Counted from the stretch's first letter, positions 37,839 to 49,482 are shown. The stretch: 64,000 bases of DNA from Butyrivibrio sp. (GCA_051880035.1 JBJENE010000014.1:1-64000); one strand, 5' to 3'. The notes: generated by a model from the letters alone, not told the origin. Numbers and translations: made by a program.

Positions 37839-40475
37839 TTATTTGTTTGCGATAGCAGCCTGTGCTGCTGCAAGTCTTGCAATTGGCACACGGAATGGTG
37901 AACATGAAACATAGTCAAGACCAATCTTGTGGCAGAACTCAACTGATGAAGGATCTCCGCCGTGCTCGCCGCAGATACCAACATGGAGCTTAGGATTAAC
38001 CGGCTTACCAAGTTTGATAGCTGTCTCCATAAGCTTACCAACACCTGTCTGGTCAAGCTTAGCAAATGGATCGTTCTCGAAAATCTTAGCATCATAGTAA
38101 GCATTAAGGAACTTACCTGCGTCGTCACGAGAGAAACCGAATGTCATCTGTGTAAGGTCGTTAGTACCGAAGCAGAAGAAATCAGCTTCTGTAGCGATTT
38201 CGTCAGCTGTAAGAGCTGCTCTAGGAATCTCGATCATTGTACCAACTTCGTATTCAAGCTTAACGCCTGCTGCTGCGATTTCAGCATCAGCTGTCTCAAC
38301 AACAACTTTCTTAACATACTTAAGCTCTTTAACTTCACATACAAGCGGAATCATGATTTCAGGCTTAACATTCCAATCCGGATGAGCTTTCTGAACTTCA
38401 ATAGCTGCACGGATAACTGCCTTTGTCTGCATCTTAGCAATTTCAGGATAAGTAACTGCAAGACGGCATCCTCTGTGACCCATCATTGGGTTAAACTCAT
38501 GTAATGAAGCGATGATAGCTTTGATATCTTCAACTGATTTGCCCTGAGCCTTAGCAAGCTTCTCAATGTCAGCTTCTTCAGTAGGAACGAACTCATGAAG
38601 AGGTGGATCAAGGAATCTGATTGTAACAGGATTTCCTTCAAGAGCCTCATATAATGCCTTGAAATCTCCCTGCTGATATGGAAGGATCTTCTCAAGAGCT
38701 GCTTCTCTTTCTTCTACTGTATCTGCACAAATCATTTCTCTGAATGCTGCAATTCTGTCTTCTTCGAAGAACATATGCTCTGTACGGCAAAGACCGATTC
38801 CTTCAGCACCGAGTTCGCGTGCTTTCTTAGCATCTGCAGGAGTATCTGCATTAGTTCTAACCTTAAGAGTTCTGAACTTGTCTGCCCAAGCCATAACTCT
38901 TCCGAATGTACCTGCGATAGAAGCATCTACTGTAGGGATAAGTCCCTCGTAAATGTTACCGGTTGTACCATCGATAGAGATTTCTGAACCTTCTACAAAT
39001 GTCTTTCCTGCTAATGTGAATTTCTTGTTTTCTTCATCCATGTTGATATCTCCACAACCGGAAACACAACATGTACCCATACCACGGGCAACAACGGCAG
39101 CATGGCTTGTCATACCACCACGAACTGTTAAGATACCCTGAGCAGCCTTCATACCTGTAATATCTTCAGGAGATGTCTCAAGACGAACAAGAACTACCTT
39201 CTCGCCCTTAGCAGCCCATTCAACTGCATCGTCAGCTGTGAATACAACTTTACCGCATGCAGCTCCAGGAGAAGCACCAAGACCTTTTCCGATTGGTGTT
39301 GCTGACTTAAGAGCAGCAGCATCAAACTGTGGATGAAGAAGTGTATCAAGGTTACGAGGATCAATCATCATAACTGCTTCTTCTTCCGTCTTATGTCCTT
39401 CATCAACAAGGTCACATGCAATCTTAAGAGCAGCAGGAGCTGTTCTCTTACCGTTACGGCACTGAAGCATGTATAATTTTCTGTTTTCAACTGTGAATTC
39501 CATATCCTGCATATCATGATAATGATTTTCAAGGATTTCACATACTTTGATGAATTCAGCGTATGCTTCAGGGAATTCCTGTTCCATCTGAGCGATAGGC
39601 ATTGGTGTACGAACACCGGCAACTACGTCTTCACCCTGTGCATTGATAAGGAACTCGCCCATGAGCTTGTTCTCACCTGTAGCAGGATCTCTTGTAAATG
39701 CAACACCTGTACCTGATTCGTTATTTAAGTTACCGAATACCATTGGCATTACGTTAACTGCAGTACCCCATGAATATGGGATATCGTTATCTCTTCTATA
39801 TACATTAGCACGTGGGTTGTCCCATGACTTAAATACTGCTTCGATAGCAAGCTTTAACTGAACAACAGGATCTGAAGGGAAGTCTTCGCCTAACTGATTC
39901 TTATATTCTGCTTTGAACTGAGCAGCAAGTTCTTTAAGGTCGTCAGCTGTAAGATCTACGTCATACTTAACGCCTTTCTTTTCCTTCATCTCATCGATGA
40001 GCTGTTCAAAGTATTTCTTACCAACTTCCATAACTACATCAGAGAACATCTGGATGAAACGTCTGTAAGAGTCATATACGAAACGCTTGAATGATGGATC
40101 AGGGTTACCCTCGATCATAGCCTCAACAACTTCGTCATTAAGACCAAGGTTAAGAATAGTATCCATCATACCAGGCATTGAAGCTCTGGCACCTGAACGA
40201 ACTGAAACAAGAAGTGGGTTCTTAAGGTCACCGAATTTCTTTCCGTTAACTTCTTCCATCCACTTAACGCCTTCCATAGCCTGAGCCATGATTTCGTCGT
40301 TAATCTTTCTTCCGTCTTCATAGTACTGTGTACAAGCTTCTGTTGTGATTGTGAAGCCCTGTGGTACAGGAAGTCCGATTTCTGTCATTTCTGCAAGGTT
40401 AGCACCCTTACCGCCAAGTAAGTTACGCATGGTCATGTTACCTTCTTTGAAGGTATATACCCATTTTTTTGCCAT
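37839..40475 (-). CDS. ppdK: pyruvate, phosphate dikinase
   Basis: 878 aa; MAKKWVYTFKEGN...LLGGKGANLAEM N-terminus, catalytic GGMTSHAAVVARG His domain, PEP-utilising C-terminal CRTEHMF. Confidence 0.9.
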   Translation of the reverse strand: MAKKWVYTFKEGNMTMRNLLGGKGANLAEMTEIGLPVPQGFTITTEACTQYYEDGRKINDEIMAQAMEGVKWMEEVNGKKFGDLKNPLLVSVRSGARASMPGMMDTILNLGLNDEVVEAMIEGNPDPSFKRFVYDSYRRFIQMFSDVVMEVGKKYFEQLIDEMKEKKGVKYDVDLTADDLKELAAQFKAEYKNQLGEDFPSDPVVQLKLAIEAVFKSWDNPRANVYRRDNDIPYSWGTAVNVMPMVFGNLNNESGTGVAFTRDPATGENKLMGEFLINAQGEDVVAGVRTPMPIAQMEQEFPEAYAEFIKVCEILENHYHDMQDMEFTVENRKLYMLQCRNGKRTAPAALKIACDLVDEGHKTEEEAVMMIDPRNLDTLLHPQFDAAALKSATPIGKGLGASPGAACGKVVFTADDAVEWAAKGEKVVLVRLETSPEDITGMKAAQGILTVRGGMTSHAAVVARGMGTCCVSGCGDINMDEENKKFTLAGKTFVEGSEISIDGTTGNIYEGLIPTVDASIAGTFGRVMAWADKFRTLKVRTNADTPADAKKARELGAEGIGLCRTEHMFFEEDRIAAFREMICADTVEEREAALEKILPYQQGDFKALYEALEGNPVTIRFLDPPLHEFVPTEEADIEKLAKAQGKSVEDIKAIIASLHEFNPMMGHRGCRLAVTYPEIAKMQTKAVIRAAIEVQKAHPDWNVKPEIMIPLVCEVKELKYVKKVVVETADAEIAAAGVKLEYEVGTMIEIPRAALTADEIATEADFFCFGTNDLTQMTFGFSRDDAGKFLNAYYDAKIFENDPFAKLDQTGVGKLMETAIKLGKPVNPKLHVGICGEHGGDPSSVEFCHKIGLDYVSCSPFRVPIARLAAAQAAIANK

Positions 40476-40570
40476 TTTTATGATTCCTCCTAAAAAATAT
40501 TATTACTAGTAAAATGATTATAGTCTAACCTATAATAGTATATCATAAAATAAAAAAATATCAAGATACT

Positions 40571-42403
40571 TTACTCCATGAAAAGCCACTTTTCAACTTT
40601 TCCCAGATTGATTTTTTCTTTACCGTTTCCCGATACTTCCCATAATACGGAATCGCTGTCCGTAAAATAGTATTTTCCGCGGGAAAATGCGGCTCTTTCC
40701 ACGCTGCCGAAATCAGATATTAAAACTTTTTCTTTTGAAGACAGCTTCTTAATACGGCAGAGGTTTCCGTTTCTTATATACATCAATCCGTTAAAATTTT
40801 CACATTCCACGATTCCGGTAACCTGCTCCGCAATTGTTTCCTTTTTATCAGTGATTTTAAAAAGGACATTATTATCGTCAATTCCTATGTAGCAATTTTC
40901 ATTATCCATGTAATATATGCCGCTATTTTCCGAAAGTCCGGAAACTTCTTCGCTTTTACCCGAAAATCCGGCTCTGTACAGGGTGTTTCCTATAACATAA
41001 ACCACATATGAATCCCCGTCATGATAATATATTTCCGGCGTTGTCCTGTCGGAGGAGAAAAGGAAAGTGTTTTCCCCGTTATTCCGGGCAAGATAGTATC
41101 CGTTTTCTTTTTCATATAAAAGAGACGAATTACCCGTAAGAGAGTTGGCAGTTATCTCCAGAACATTGCTGTCCACCAAAACCTGTTTTGTCAGATTATT
41201 GCCGTCAGCCATGAATAACCTGCCTTCTTCGGTCAGATAATAAAGAGTATCCGATTGGGCAAAATATTCGGTACTTTCCACTTCTTCCGCTATCGTTACG
41301 GATTCTTCATTATCTCCGGAAATATTATTCATCATCAGGGTTTTGTTATTAACAATACCGTATCTGGCAGTTTCCATGTCCAGATATACAAGTTTTCCGT
41401 CTTCATCTATGAATACAATTTCTTTTTCCTGATTGTCTTTTGAGAAAACATTCGTTTCTCCGGCTTCATTTCCGCAGTACATTGTATACACATCATTATC
41501 ATCAATATTGTCATATGCGGTCAGAACAAAATATTTTCCGTTGTCACTTACCGCACAGGCGTCGGTAAAGCCTGCGTGGCTGTCTGTCGGAATAGAAACT
41601 GTTTCGCCGGACGAAATAATTTTGGGTGTATTCCCGTCCAGATAAAGCACCTGATTGAAATCCTTGCTGCAGCTAAGAATTACCGGTGACTCGGCAGGAT
41701 AGTTAACGCATTTTCCGTCAGTGTATATAAATATGCCGCTCTCTCCGGATGCAATAAATCCCCGGGAATTGGAATCATATACAGAAAATTCTCCGGCTGT
41801 CTCAAGCACCGCCTTTTGGGTGTCCGTTGCCATATATCCTTTATTACCGTCAAAAAAGAATATATTACTCCTGTCAATGTTTTTAACTATATTCACGGGA
41901 ATAATTACACCGGCTGCAATGACTGCTGCTGCGGCAAGACCTATTGCCGGCCATTTTAAACGGTTTTTGTATATTTTATGGCTTAATACAAGTTTGGATG
42001 TATCCAGGGTATCCAAAGAATCGTCGAATTTAAGTTCCCTGATTACCGGATTATCCCTGCCTCTTTTGGGGCGGTGTTTTTTAATAAAACCGGATAATTT
42101 ATTCCATAACTTCAATGCATAATCTTTTATTACAGCCAAAGAAAGGCCCGCCGTCTCCGGCCCGCCTTCATCTTTGTAGGTCACACTGCGGTCCCTGCCG
42201 TTTTTGGCATCATACTCTTCCCTTGTGGAATGCATGATACCCGGTGGCAGCATGCCGTCAGTCATGCCCTGTTTCTGTGCTTCCTCCCATTCTTTTCTCC
42301 GTCTTAAGTAATCCTCGTTGACGAATACTACTCTGGCTCCGCACTTAGGGCATACCGACCTGCTATTATGTTCAAATCCACATTTGTCACATTTCATAGA
42401 CAA
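40571..42403 (-). CDS. membrane protein: N-terminal cytoplasmic zinc ribbon, single TM, large extracytoplasmic repeat/propeller-like domain (DUF5050-like?)
   Basis: CDKCGF...CPKCG ribbon; TM WPAIGLAAAAVIAAGVIIPV; C-terminal about 450 aa rich in Y/G/N/D repeats; 7-nt gap after glyQS. Confidence 0.45.
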   Translation of the reverse strand: MSMKCDKCGFEHNSRSVCPKCGARVVFVNEDYLRRRKEWEEAQKQGMTDGMLPPGIMHSTREEYDAKNGRDRSVTYKDEGGPETAGLSLAVIKDYALKLWNKLSGFIKKHRPKRGRDNPVIRELKFDDSLDTLDTSKLVLSHKIYKNRLKWPAIGLAAAAVIAAGVIIPVNIVKNIDRSNIFFFDGNKGYMATDTQKAVLETAGEFSVYDSNSRGFIASGESGIFIYTDGKCVNYPAESPVILSCSKDFNQVLYLDGNTPKIISSGETVSIPTDSHAGFTDACAVSDNGKYFVLTAYDNIDDNDVYTMYCGNEAGETNVFSKDNQEKEIVFIDEDGKLVYLDMETARYGIVNNKTLMMNNISGDNEESVTIAEEVESTEYFAQSDTLYYLTEEGRLFMADGNNLTKQVLVDSNVLEITANSLTGNSSLLYEKENGYYLARNNGENTFLFSSDRTTPEIYYHDGDSYVVYVIGNTLYRAGFSGKSEEVSGLSENSGIYYMDNENCYIGIDDNNVLFKITDKKETIAEQVTGIVECENFNGLMYIRNGNLCRIKKLSSKEKVLISDFGSVERAAFSRGKYYFTDSDSVLWEVSGNGKEKINLGKVEKWLFME

Positions 42404-42410
42404 CCTTTAA

Positions 42411-43799
42411 TCAGAATGTAAATTTATCTTCGAAATACCTGCCCAGGTCTTCGATTTTAATTCTTTCCTGAGCCATTGTATCTCTGTCTCTTACTGTTAC
42501 GCATCCGTCTGTTTCGGATTCAAAATCATAAGTTACACAGAAAGGAGTTCCGATTTCGTCCTGTCTTCTGTATCTCTTACCGATATTTCCTCTGTCATCG
42601 AACTCGCAGTTATACTTCTTGCAAAGTTCTGTATAAATCTTTTCGGCACCTTCGTTAAGCTTCTTGGAAAGAGGAAGCACACCGATTTTGACAGGTGCAA
42701 GAGCAGGATGGAAATGAAGTACTGTTCTCATATCTCCGCCCTCAAGCTCTTCCTCGTCATATGCTGAGCAAAGGAAAGCAAGTGTTACACGGTCCGCACC
42801 GAGAGACGGTTCTACGACATAAGGTACATATTTTGAATTGTCCTCATCATCAAAATAAGACATATCCTCACCTGACACATTCTGATGCTGTGTAAGGTCG
42901 TAATCCGTTCTGTCTGCAATACCCCAGAGCTCGCCCCATCCGAACGGGAATAAAAATTCGATGTCTGTTGTTCCTTTTGAGTAGAAACATAATTCCTCAG
43001 GAGAATGATCCCTTGCACGCATTTCTTCGTCTTTCATTCCAAGGCTCTTTAACCAGTTGATACAGAATTCTCTCCAGTATCTGAACCATTCAAGGTCTGT
43101 TCCCGGTTTGCAGAAGAATTCCAGTTCCATCTGCTCAAATTCTCTTGTTCTGAAAGTAAAGTTACCCGGTGTTATCTCGTTACGGAAGGATTTTCCAATC
43201 TGTCCGATACCGAAAGGAACTTTCTTGCGGGATGTTCTCTGAACATTTTTGAAGTTAACGAAAATACCCTGGGCTGTTTCAGGTCTTAAATAAACTGTGT
43301 TTTTGGCATCCTCGGTTACTCCCTGGAATGTCTTAAACATCAGGTTAAACTGTCTGATTTCGGTAAAATCCCTCTTGCCGCAGGAAGGACAGCAGATTTC
43401 TTTCTCGCTGATGAAATTCTGCATTTCTTCATTGCTCCATGCATCAACTGCATTTTCAAGAGTATAGTTATTCTCTGATGCCCAGTCCTCAATTAATTTA
43501 TCTGCACGGAAACGCTCCTTGCACGCCTTACAGTCCATAAGAGGATCTGCAAAACCTCCAAGGTGTCCGGAAGCTACCCATGTCTGTGGATTCATAAGGA
43601 TTGCACAGTCAACACCTACATTGTACGGACTCTCCTGTACGAATTTCTGCCACCATGCTTTTTTTACATTGTTCTTAAGCTCGACTCCAAGGTTTCCGTA
43701 ATCCCATGTATTTGCAAGTCCGCCGTAAATTTCGGAACCCGGATACACAAAACCTCTGGATTTTGCCAAAGCAACAATTTTGTCCATTGTTTTTTCCAT
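42411..43799 (-). CDS. glyQS: glycine--tRNA ligase (alpha2 dimeric type)
   Basis: [35 protein letters not shown] is the canonical GlyQS N-terminus; 462 aa. Confidence 0.9.
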   Translation of the reverse strand: MEKTMDKIVALAKSRGFVYPGSEIYGGLANTWDYGNLGVELKNNVKKAWWQKFVQESPYNVGVDCAILMNPQTWVASGHLGGFADPLMDCKACKERFRADKLIEDWASENNYTLENAVDAWSNEEMQNFISEKEICCPSCGKRDFTEIRQFNLMFKTFQGVTEDAKNTVYLRPETAQGIFVNFKNVQRTSRKKVPFGIGQIGKSFRNEITPGNFTFRTREFEQMELEFFCKPGTDLEWFRYWREFCINWLKSLGMKDEEMRARDHSPEELCFYSKGTTDIEFLFPFGWGELWGIADRTDYDLTQHQNVSGEDMSYFDDEDNSKYVPYVVEPSLGADRVTLAFLCSAYDEEELEGGDMRTVLHFHPALAPVKIGVLPLSKKLNEGAEKIYTELCKKYNCEFDDRGNIGKRYRRQDEIGTPFCVTYDFESETDGCVTVRDRDTMAQERIKIEDLGRYFEDKFTF

Positions 43800-43888
43800 A
43801 ATCTCTACCTCTCAATTTAATAATACGCTGTGGGTCAGCGTCACTTTTGAATAATTGTATATGTTTTACGGTAATTTTTCAAGACATA

Positions 43889-44632
43889 TTATGTCAATGA
43901 ATCAAGAATATCAAGGGATTTCATTTTTTTCTCCACAAATGTATGTATACATCTTGCCAAAATCATACGAAGCTCTGCGAGCACCTCATCCGATACCGTA
44001 AATGTATAAAGCTTTCTTATATCGGAACACACAATATACTGCAATGTATACAATGTTGATTCATTTATTTCTATCAAATCAGCCGCTCCGTGTCCGCAAT
44101 CACTGCATAAAACGCCGGCTGACGCAATCGAAAATCCTGTAAGCATCTCTTTTTTCCTGCATTTACAGCAATGGAAGAATTCCGGATACTCTCCGTTAAG
44201 AACAAGAATCTTCAATTCATAGATATACCTTACAAGCTTTTTGTCCAGTTTATCGTTCAGAAGAGCCCTGAAAGATGCATATATAAGATTCAGCATGGCA
44301 GATGCATCTTCATTTTCCACCGCATAATATTCTGCCAGTTCAAGAAAATAATAGGCACTGTATGTTACGGTAATATCAGTCGTCAGTTCCCTGAAATAAT
44401 CTGATATTTCCGCATTCACCATGGTATATGAACTTTTGCCGCACATTAGATAAAATGTTCCGAAGGCAAAACTGTCACTGGCAGCCATCAAATGGTTGCC
44501 GGGTCTTCTTGCCCCACGGACAAACGCACTTATTTTACCGTATTCCTTAGTCAGGAGAACAACCCTTTTATCATTCTCCCCAACGGGCGATGATGAAATC
44601 ACCATGCCTCTTGCTTTGACCAAATCTGCCAT
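43889..44632 (-). CDS. recO: DNA repair protein RecO
   Basis: N-terminal OB fold MADLVKARGMVISSSPVGENDKRVVLLTKEYGKISAFVRGARR; C-terminal zinc motif CxxC...CxxC; era-recO synteny. Confidence 0.8.
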   Translation of the reverse strand: MADLVKARGMVISSSPVGENDKRVVLLTKEYGKISAFVRGARRPGNHLMAASDSFAFGTFYLMCGKSSYTMVNAEISDYFRELTTDITVTYSAYYFLELAEYYAVENEDASAMLNLIYASFRALLNDKLDKKLVRYIYELKILVLNGEYPEFFHCCKCRKKEMLTGFSIASAGVLCSDCGHGAADLIEINESTLYTLQYIVCSDIRKLYTFTVSDEVLAELRMILARCIHTFVEKKMKSLDILDSLT

Positions 44633-45529
44633 TTAGTCCTCTTTCCTGTATCCGTAATTCTTCATAAGAAGTTCGGAGTCACGCCATTCCTTACGAACCT
44701 TGACCCAAAGCTTAAGATTCGCCTGCTGCTCTAACATTCTTTCTATCTCAAATCTTGCTGCAGAGCCGATTTTTTTAAGCATGGCACCGCCTTTTCCTAT
44801 AATAATACCTTTATGACTGTCCCTTTCACAAACAATTGTTGCCTCTATATCCCACATGGAACCGTCGGGACGCTCTTTCATTTTCTCAATGGTTACGGCT
44901 ATTCCGTGGGGAATTTCATCCGAAAGGCATCTAAGCGCCTTTTCCCTTATCAGCTCCGCAACAATCTGGCGCATCGGCTGGTCCGTTACGGTATCTTCAT
45001 CATAGAATAAAGGTCCGTACGGAAGATATTTAAAAATCGTATCCGTAAGATCATCCGTGTTAATGCCCTTAAGCGCCGATACCGGAAGAATCTCCGCAAA
45101 ATCCATTTCTTTACGGTATGCATCGATAAATTTAAGTATTTCCTCTTTGGGAATTGTATCTACTTTGTTAATCACAAGAATAACAGGTTTTTTACAGCCT
45201 TTAAGCCTGGTTATAATATGCTGCTCACCGGCACCTATATAGGTGGTAGGTTCAACCAGCCACAACACCACATCCACATCTTCAAGTGATTTTTCAGCCA
45301 CATTTACCATGTATTCCCCAAGTTTATTTTTGGCCTTGTGTATTCCCGGGGTATCAAGAAAGATAATTTGCCCTCTTTCATCCGTATACACCGTCTGAAT
45401 ACGGTTTCTTGTTGTCTGGGGCTTATTTGATGTTATGGCGATTTTCTGTCCTATAAGCCTGTTCATTAAAGTTGATTTTCCTACATTGGGCCTGCCAATC
45501 AGAGCCACAAATCCTGATTTTTTATCCAA
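44633..45529 (-). CDS. era: GTPase Era
   Basis: GRPNVGKST (G1), DTPG (G3), NKVD (G4), C-terminal KH domain; 298 aa. Confidence 0.9.
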   Translation of the reverse strand: MDKKSGFVALIGRPNVGKSTLMNRLIGQKIAITSNKPQTTRNRIQTVYTDERGQIIFLDTPGIHKAKNKLGEYMVNVAEKSLEDVDVVLWLVEPTTYIGAGEQHIITRLKGCKKPVILVINKVDTIPKEEILKFIDAYRKEMDFAEILPVSALKGINTDDLTDTIFKYLPYGPLFYDEDTVTDQPMRQIVAELIREKALRCLSDEIPHGIAVTIEKMKERPDGSMWDIEATIVCERDSHKGIIIGKGGAMLKKIGSAARFEIERMLEQQANLKLWVKVRKEWRDSELLMKNYGYRKED

Positions 45530-45546
45530 AATCTTACCGTCCTTCG

Positions 45547-48462
45547 CTAAAATAAATTTTTCACTTCATCAAAAAGTTCACTATCGCTGTCTATTTTTTC
45601 CGCATTGCCGATTACGCAAAGATAGCCGGAATCAAGGATGGCCTTAACAATCGGTTCAAGGCTGTGAATATCTTCCTTATCGGTTGCAAGAATTTTAAGT
45701 CTGCGTTCCTTAAGATAATCCTCATCCACATTCTGCATATATGATTCAAAAGAACGGTTTCCTTTACCCTGTGGGGTAAGCGGAGTGTCCAGTTCGCTGA
45801 ATGTTCCGAGAATATACTTGGTCATTTCCCTTTCGTCACCGTCATAATTCGCAACATACGCAGGAACTCCCTCATATATTCTGTTGGTAGCGGCTATGTT
45901 AGGGTCTCTGTATGAAAGAAAATACCCTGAACCTGATACGGAATAACCGTTCATACAGCCGTATGCTCCACCCTTTACACGGATGTTAATCCACAAATAA
46001 TCATAACTCATCATTGTACGCAATACGGTAAGTGACGGATTATAAGATAAACCGGCCTCATAAAAATCTCCGCATCGTGCCACATAATTAACCTGGGAGG
46101 AAGTTTTATAGCCTATTTTTTTCTTTTCAAATACAAAGTTACGCTTATACGCTTCCATGCCGCCGGCTAAAATGCCTTTTATGAACTCAGCCAGTCCCGG
46201 CTTAACAGCATCATATCCTTCATCATCGGAAGTGTATGATACAGTAAGTCTGTCCTTCACAAAAATCTGTCCTGTTATTTCCATAAGCTTTCCGGCAATC
46301 AGTTCTTTCTTTGCATCAAAGTTTGCATACAAATCGGCAATAAAATAATAGTACGGAATTCCTGATGTAAGACTTGTGTATCTGGCAGATTCCATAAACT
46401 GTGAATAACATTCGTTAAGGGCCACTGCATGGCCTGCAGACAGGATTTTGGCCTGCAGACGGGATTTAACCTCCGCAAGGATTTCTTTAAGCCTCTTATA
46501 GTCATCGTATTTGGATTGGTACATCATTTCATTTATAAGTGAAAATGCCGTATCGTACTCTGAAATCAGTGACTTACATTTTATTGAAAATGCGGCGGAC
46601 ACTTTTTTTCTGTCTTTTATATTCTGATATACGGTAAAATCCGGTAAAATTCCGCCGGTATGCATATCCACTTCATTGGAAAGCTCATCATAGCTGTGAT
46701 TTTCGGTATCGATATATCCGATTACATTTCCCAGAAGTCCCACATAAGGTATGTCTTCATCTGCGACATTGGAAATGTCAAAAGAGAGATTAAGGTATCC
46801 GATTCCGTTGGTATAAATATTATGGTGGTCAACCTTAACTCCGTCTATTTCCTCAAAGCTGTTATAAAGCGGAATTATATCCTTACTTATGTCTTCTCTT
46901 GACAAAAGAGGAATCGTAGCCAGATCCTTCTCAGGTGTAGGCTCAGACTGGTATTTCTTAAGTTCCGCAGTCTCCAAAACAAGTTTTTCAATCTCTTCTT
47001 TTGAAAGAGACTCTTTGTATGCTGCAAGCTTTCCGGCAGTTTTCTGCTCATTAATTGCCGTAAGATTTACCACAGGTTTTAAAATTACAAGTGAGGAATG
47101 TGTATTATCAAGGATATATTTTTGAACAAGTTCCTCAAAATACCCTGTTTCCACCTGCTCTTTCAAAAAGCTGTATGTGTCATTCCTGCTAAGATGGATA
47201 AACGGTTTGGTCTCATCATAGAGCCAGCTGTCCATGAGATTAAGTCCATACATAAGTCCTTTAGGAAATCTGCCGAAATCAGCCTCCCTGTAACTGAATT
47301 CAAGAACATTTATTCCTGCTTTCAGGGCATCTTTGTTAATTCCGTTTTTCACGATTTTGCTAAGAGTATCTTTAATGATATCTATAAACTCATCTGCCCT
47401 GTCCGCATCCGTATTCTTGGCTGCAATGGTAAGCATTGGCTGTCTGATACCGTTTTCATATGTGCTGTATACTTCCTCTCCGATTCCTGCATCAATAAGA
47501 GCCTGTTTAACAGGTGCCCCCGGAGAAGATAAAAGTGCATAATCAAGCACCTGGAAAGCAAGATACAGTTCTTTGTCCAGAGAAGTACCTATACTTACAT
47601 TATATGCCAGGCAGGCCTTGTTTTCACAACCCTCATCTTCGGTAACCGAATACTCTGCTTCAGTTCTTTTCATGTATTCAAAAGGTTTCTGCAGACCTAT
47701 TTCGGAATCCACGGAAAGATAATCATATGAAGACAGATATTCCCGATCAAGATATTCAAGGCGTTCGCTCATGTCACAATTTCCGTACAGATAAATATAG
47801 CTGTTGGACGGATGATATAGTTTACGGTGGAAATTAAGGAATTCCTCGTACGATAAATCAGGTATGCATTCAGGGTCTCCGCCTGACTCCACACTGTAGG
47901 CGGTATCAGGATAAAGCGAATTAAGGCAGTATCTTGCAAGCATATCATCCGGAGAAGAGAAAGCCCCTTTCATCTCATTGTATACTACTCCGTTATATTG
48001 TAACAAAGCATCAGCCGACTCCAGTTCATAATGCCAGCCTTCCTGCATAAAAATTTCTTTTCTTGTGTATATGTTCGGATTAAAAACCGCATCCATATAT
48101 ACATCCATGATGTTTTTAAAATCCACATCATTGCAGCTTGCAATAGGATATACAGTTTTATCCGGATATGTCATTGCATTTAAAAAAGTATTAAGGGAAC
48201 CTTTGGCAAGCTCCACAAAAGGATCCTTTGCAGGATATTTGGCGGAACCGCAGAGTACAGAATGTTCCAAAATATGAGGAACTCCCGTGCTGTCAGGAGG
48301 CGGTGTACGAAATCCGATGGAAAAAACTTTGTTTTCATCATCATTTGACAAAATAACCACTCTCGCTCCGGATTTTCTGTGTTTCAAAAGAAATCCGTCA
48401 GACTTGAGTTCCTCTATTCTGGTTTGTTCAATTAATTCATATTTAGACGCATCAAAAACCAT
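45547..48462 (-). CDS. M16-family (insulinase/PreP-like M16C) zinc metallopeptidase
   Basis: HILEHSVLCGS inverted zinc motif HxxEH near the N-terminus; about 970 aa, typical M16C length. Confidence 0.8.
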   Translation of the reverse strand: MVFDASKYELIEQTRIEELKSDGFLLKHRKSGARVVILSNDDENKVFSIGFRTPPPDSTGVPHILEHSVLCGSAKYPAKDPFVELAKGSLNTFLNAMTYPDKTVYPIASCNDVDFKNIMDVYMDAVFNPNIYTRKEIFMQEGWHYELESADALLQYNGVVYNEMKGAFSSPDDMLARYCLNSLYPDTAYSVESGGDPECIPDLSYEEFLNFHRKLYHPSNSYIYLYGNCDMSERLEYLDREYLSSYDYLSVDSEIGLQKPFEYMKRTEAEYSVTEDEGCENKACLAYNVSIGTSLDKELYLAFQVLDYALLSSPGAPVKQALIDAGIGEEVYSTYENGIRQPMLTIAAKNTDADRADEFIDIIKDTLSKIVKNGINKDALKAGINVLEFSYREADFGRFPKGLMYGLNLMDSWLYDETKPFIHLSRNDTYSFLKEQVETGYFEELVQKYILDNTHSSLVILKPVVNLTAINEQKTAGKLAAYKESLSKEEIEKLVLETAELKKYQSEPTPEKDLATIPLLSREDISKDIIPLYNSFEEIDGVKVDHHNIYTNGIGYLNLSFDISNVADEDIPYVGLLGNVIGYIDTENHSYDELSNEVDMHTGGILPDFTVYQNIKDRKKVSAAFSIKCKSLISEYDTAFSLINEMMYQSKYDDYKRLKEILAEVKSRLQAKILSAGHAVALNECYSQFMESARYTSLTSGIPYYYFIADLYANFDAKKELIAGKLMEITGQIFVKDRLTVSYTSDDEGYDAVKPGLAEFIKGILAGGMEAYKRNFVFEKKKIGYKTSSQVNYVARCGDFYEAGLSYNPSLTVLRTMMSYDYLWINIRVKGGAYGCMNGYSVSGSGYFLSYRDPNIAATNRIYEGVPAYVANYDGDEREMTKYILGTFSELDTPLTPQGKGNRSFESYMQNVDEDYLKERRLKILATDKEDIHSLEPIVKAILDSGYLCVIGNAEKIDSDSELFDEVKNLF

Positions 48463-48557
48463 GTTATATTCCTTTCCCGAGACTATTTATTTCTCATTAA
48501 AATAGTATCTCAGATTAAGTATACGAACATACAGTTTTTTTTGCAAGCAGAGAATTT

Positions 48558-49319
48558 TCACCCTTTTTTAAGTATAGGTCTTAACGGATGATAAATAAGC
48601 ATTGTGACTAAGGATACGGAAAAACCTTTTAAAAGATTAAGCGGAGCAACACACATAATCACAAGGGAAGTAACACTGTTTACATTTTTGTTAACGGCTG
48701 TTCCCATTGCAATAATTGTTTCCATCGGCATTCCGTAAAGCTCTGAAAATTTAGGTAAAAGATATATTGCATTGAAGCTTGTTCCTGCAAGAACAAGGAC
48801 AATCGTTCCCACAATGCATCCTATCAATGCTGTTTTCTTTGACTTCTTTATATGGTAAATAATTGTAGCCGGCAAAATAAAAGCACATCCCACAACGAAG
48901 TTGGCAAGTTCTCCTACAAAAGCTGTAGAGCTTCCCTTAAGCAGAAGCTTTATTATTATTTTAACAGCCTCGCAAAGAACGCCTGCTACCGGACCGTATG
49001 CAAATCCACAGATAAGCACCGGAATCTCACTGAAGTCCAGCTTATAAAATGACGGTACAAAAGGAAGCGGAATTTCAAACAGCATCAATATTCCCGCCAG
49101 TGCAGCCAAAACACCTGTAACGGCAATTTTTCTTGTGGAAAGAATTTTTTCGGCAGGTGCAGTACCGGTCTGCTTCCTTTCTTTTCTTCTGATAAGAAGT
49201 TCGGCAACATATGCAACCAGAATAATTCCCAGGACAATTCCCAGAAATTCAAGCAGGAATATGGTATTATCCTTTACCGCATCCCATAATTTTGTAAAAT
49301 GTGATAAAAACTTGTTCAT
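48558..49319 (-). CDS. ribU: ECF-transporter substrate-specific (S) component, riboflavin type
   Basis: Small 5-6 TM protein typical of ECF S components; preceded by an FMN riboswitch, which assigns the substrate. Confidence 0.65.
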   Translation of the reverse strand: MNKFLSHFTKLWDAVKDNTIFLLEFLGIVLGIILVAYVAELLIRRKERKQTGTAPAEKILSTRKIAVTGVLAALAGILMLFEIPLPFVPSFYKLDFSEIPVLICGFAYGPVAGVLCEAVKIIIKLLLKGSSTAFVGELANFVVGCAFILPATIIYHIKKSKKTALIGCIVGTIVLVLAGTSFNAIYLLPKFSELYGMPMETIIAMGTAVNKNVNSVTSLVIMCVAPLNLLKGFSVSLVTMLIYHPLRPILKKG

Positions 49320-49482
49320 GATTAATTTTCTCCTTTACTCTTACTCATCCTTTGCCGTATTCAGACAAAGAACTGTGCATTTTCAGGGATTGACATTAAG
49401 GATTTAAATAGTGAATGGAAATCGAACCAATTGCTCGTAATCCACTTCACAAAGCTTGGTTTAACAGGGTTTACTGCTAACT

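Noticed and set aside
49417-49428. tRNA T-loop-like GGTTCGATTTCC on the minus strand in the ribU leader
   Set aside because: No acceptor, D or anticodon arms can be folded around it; an isolated motif.
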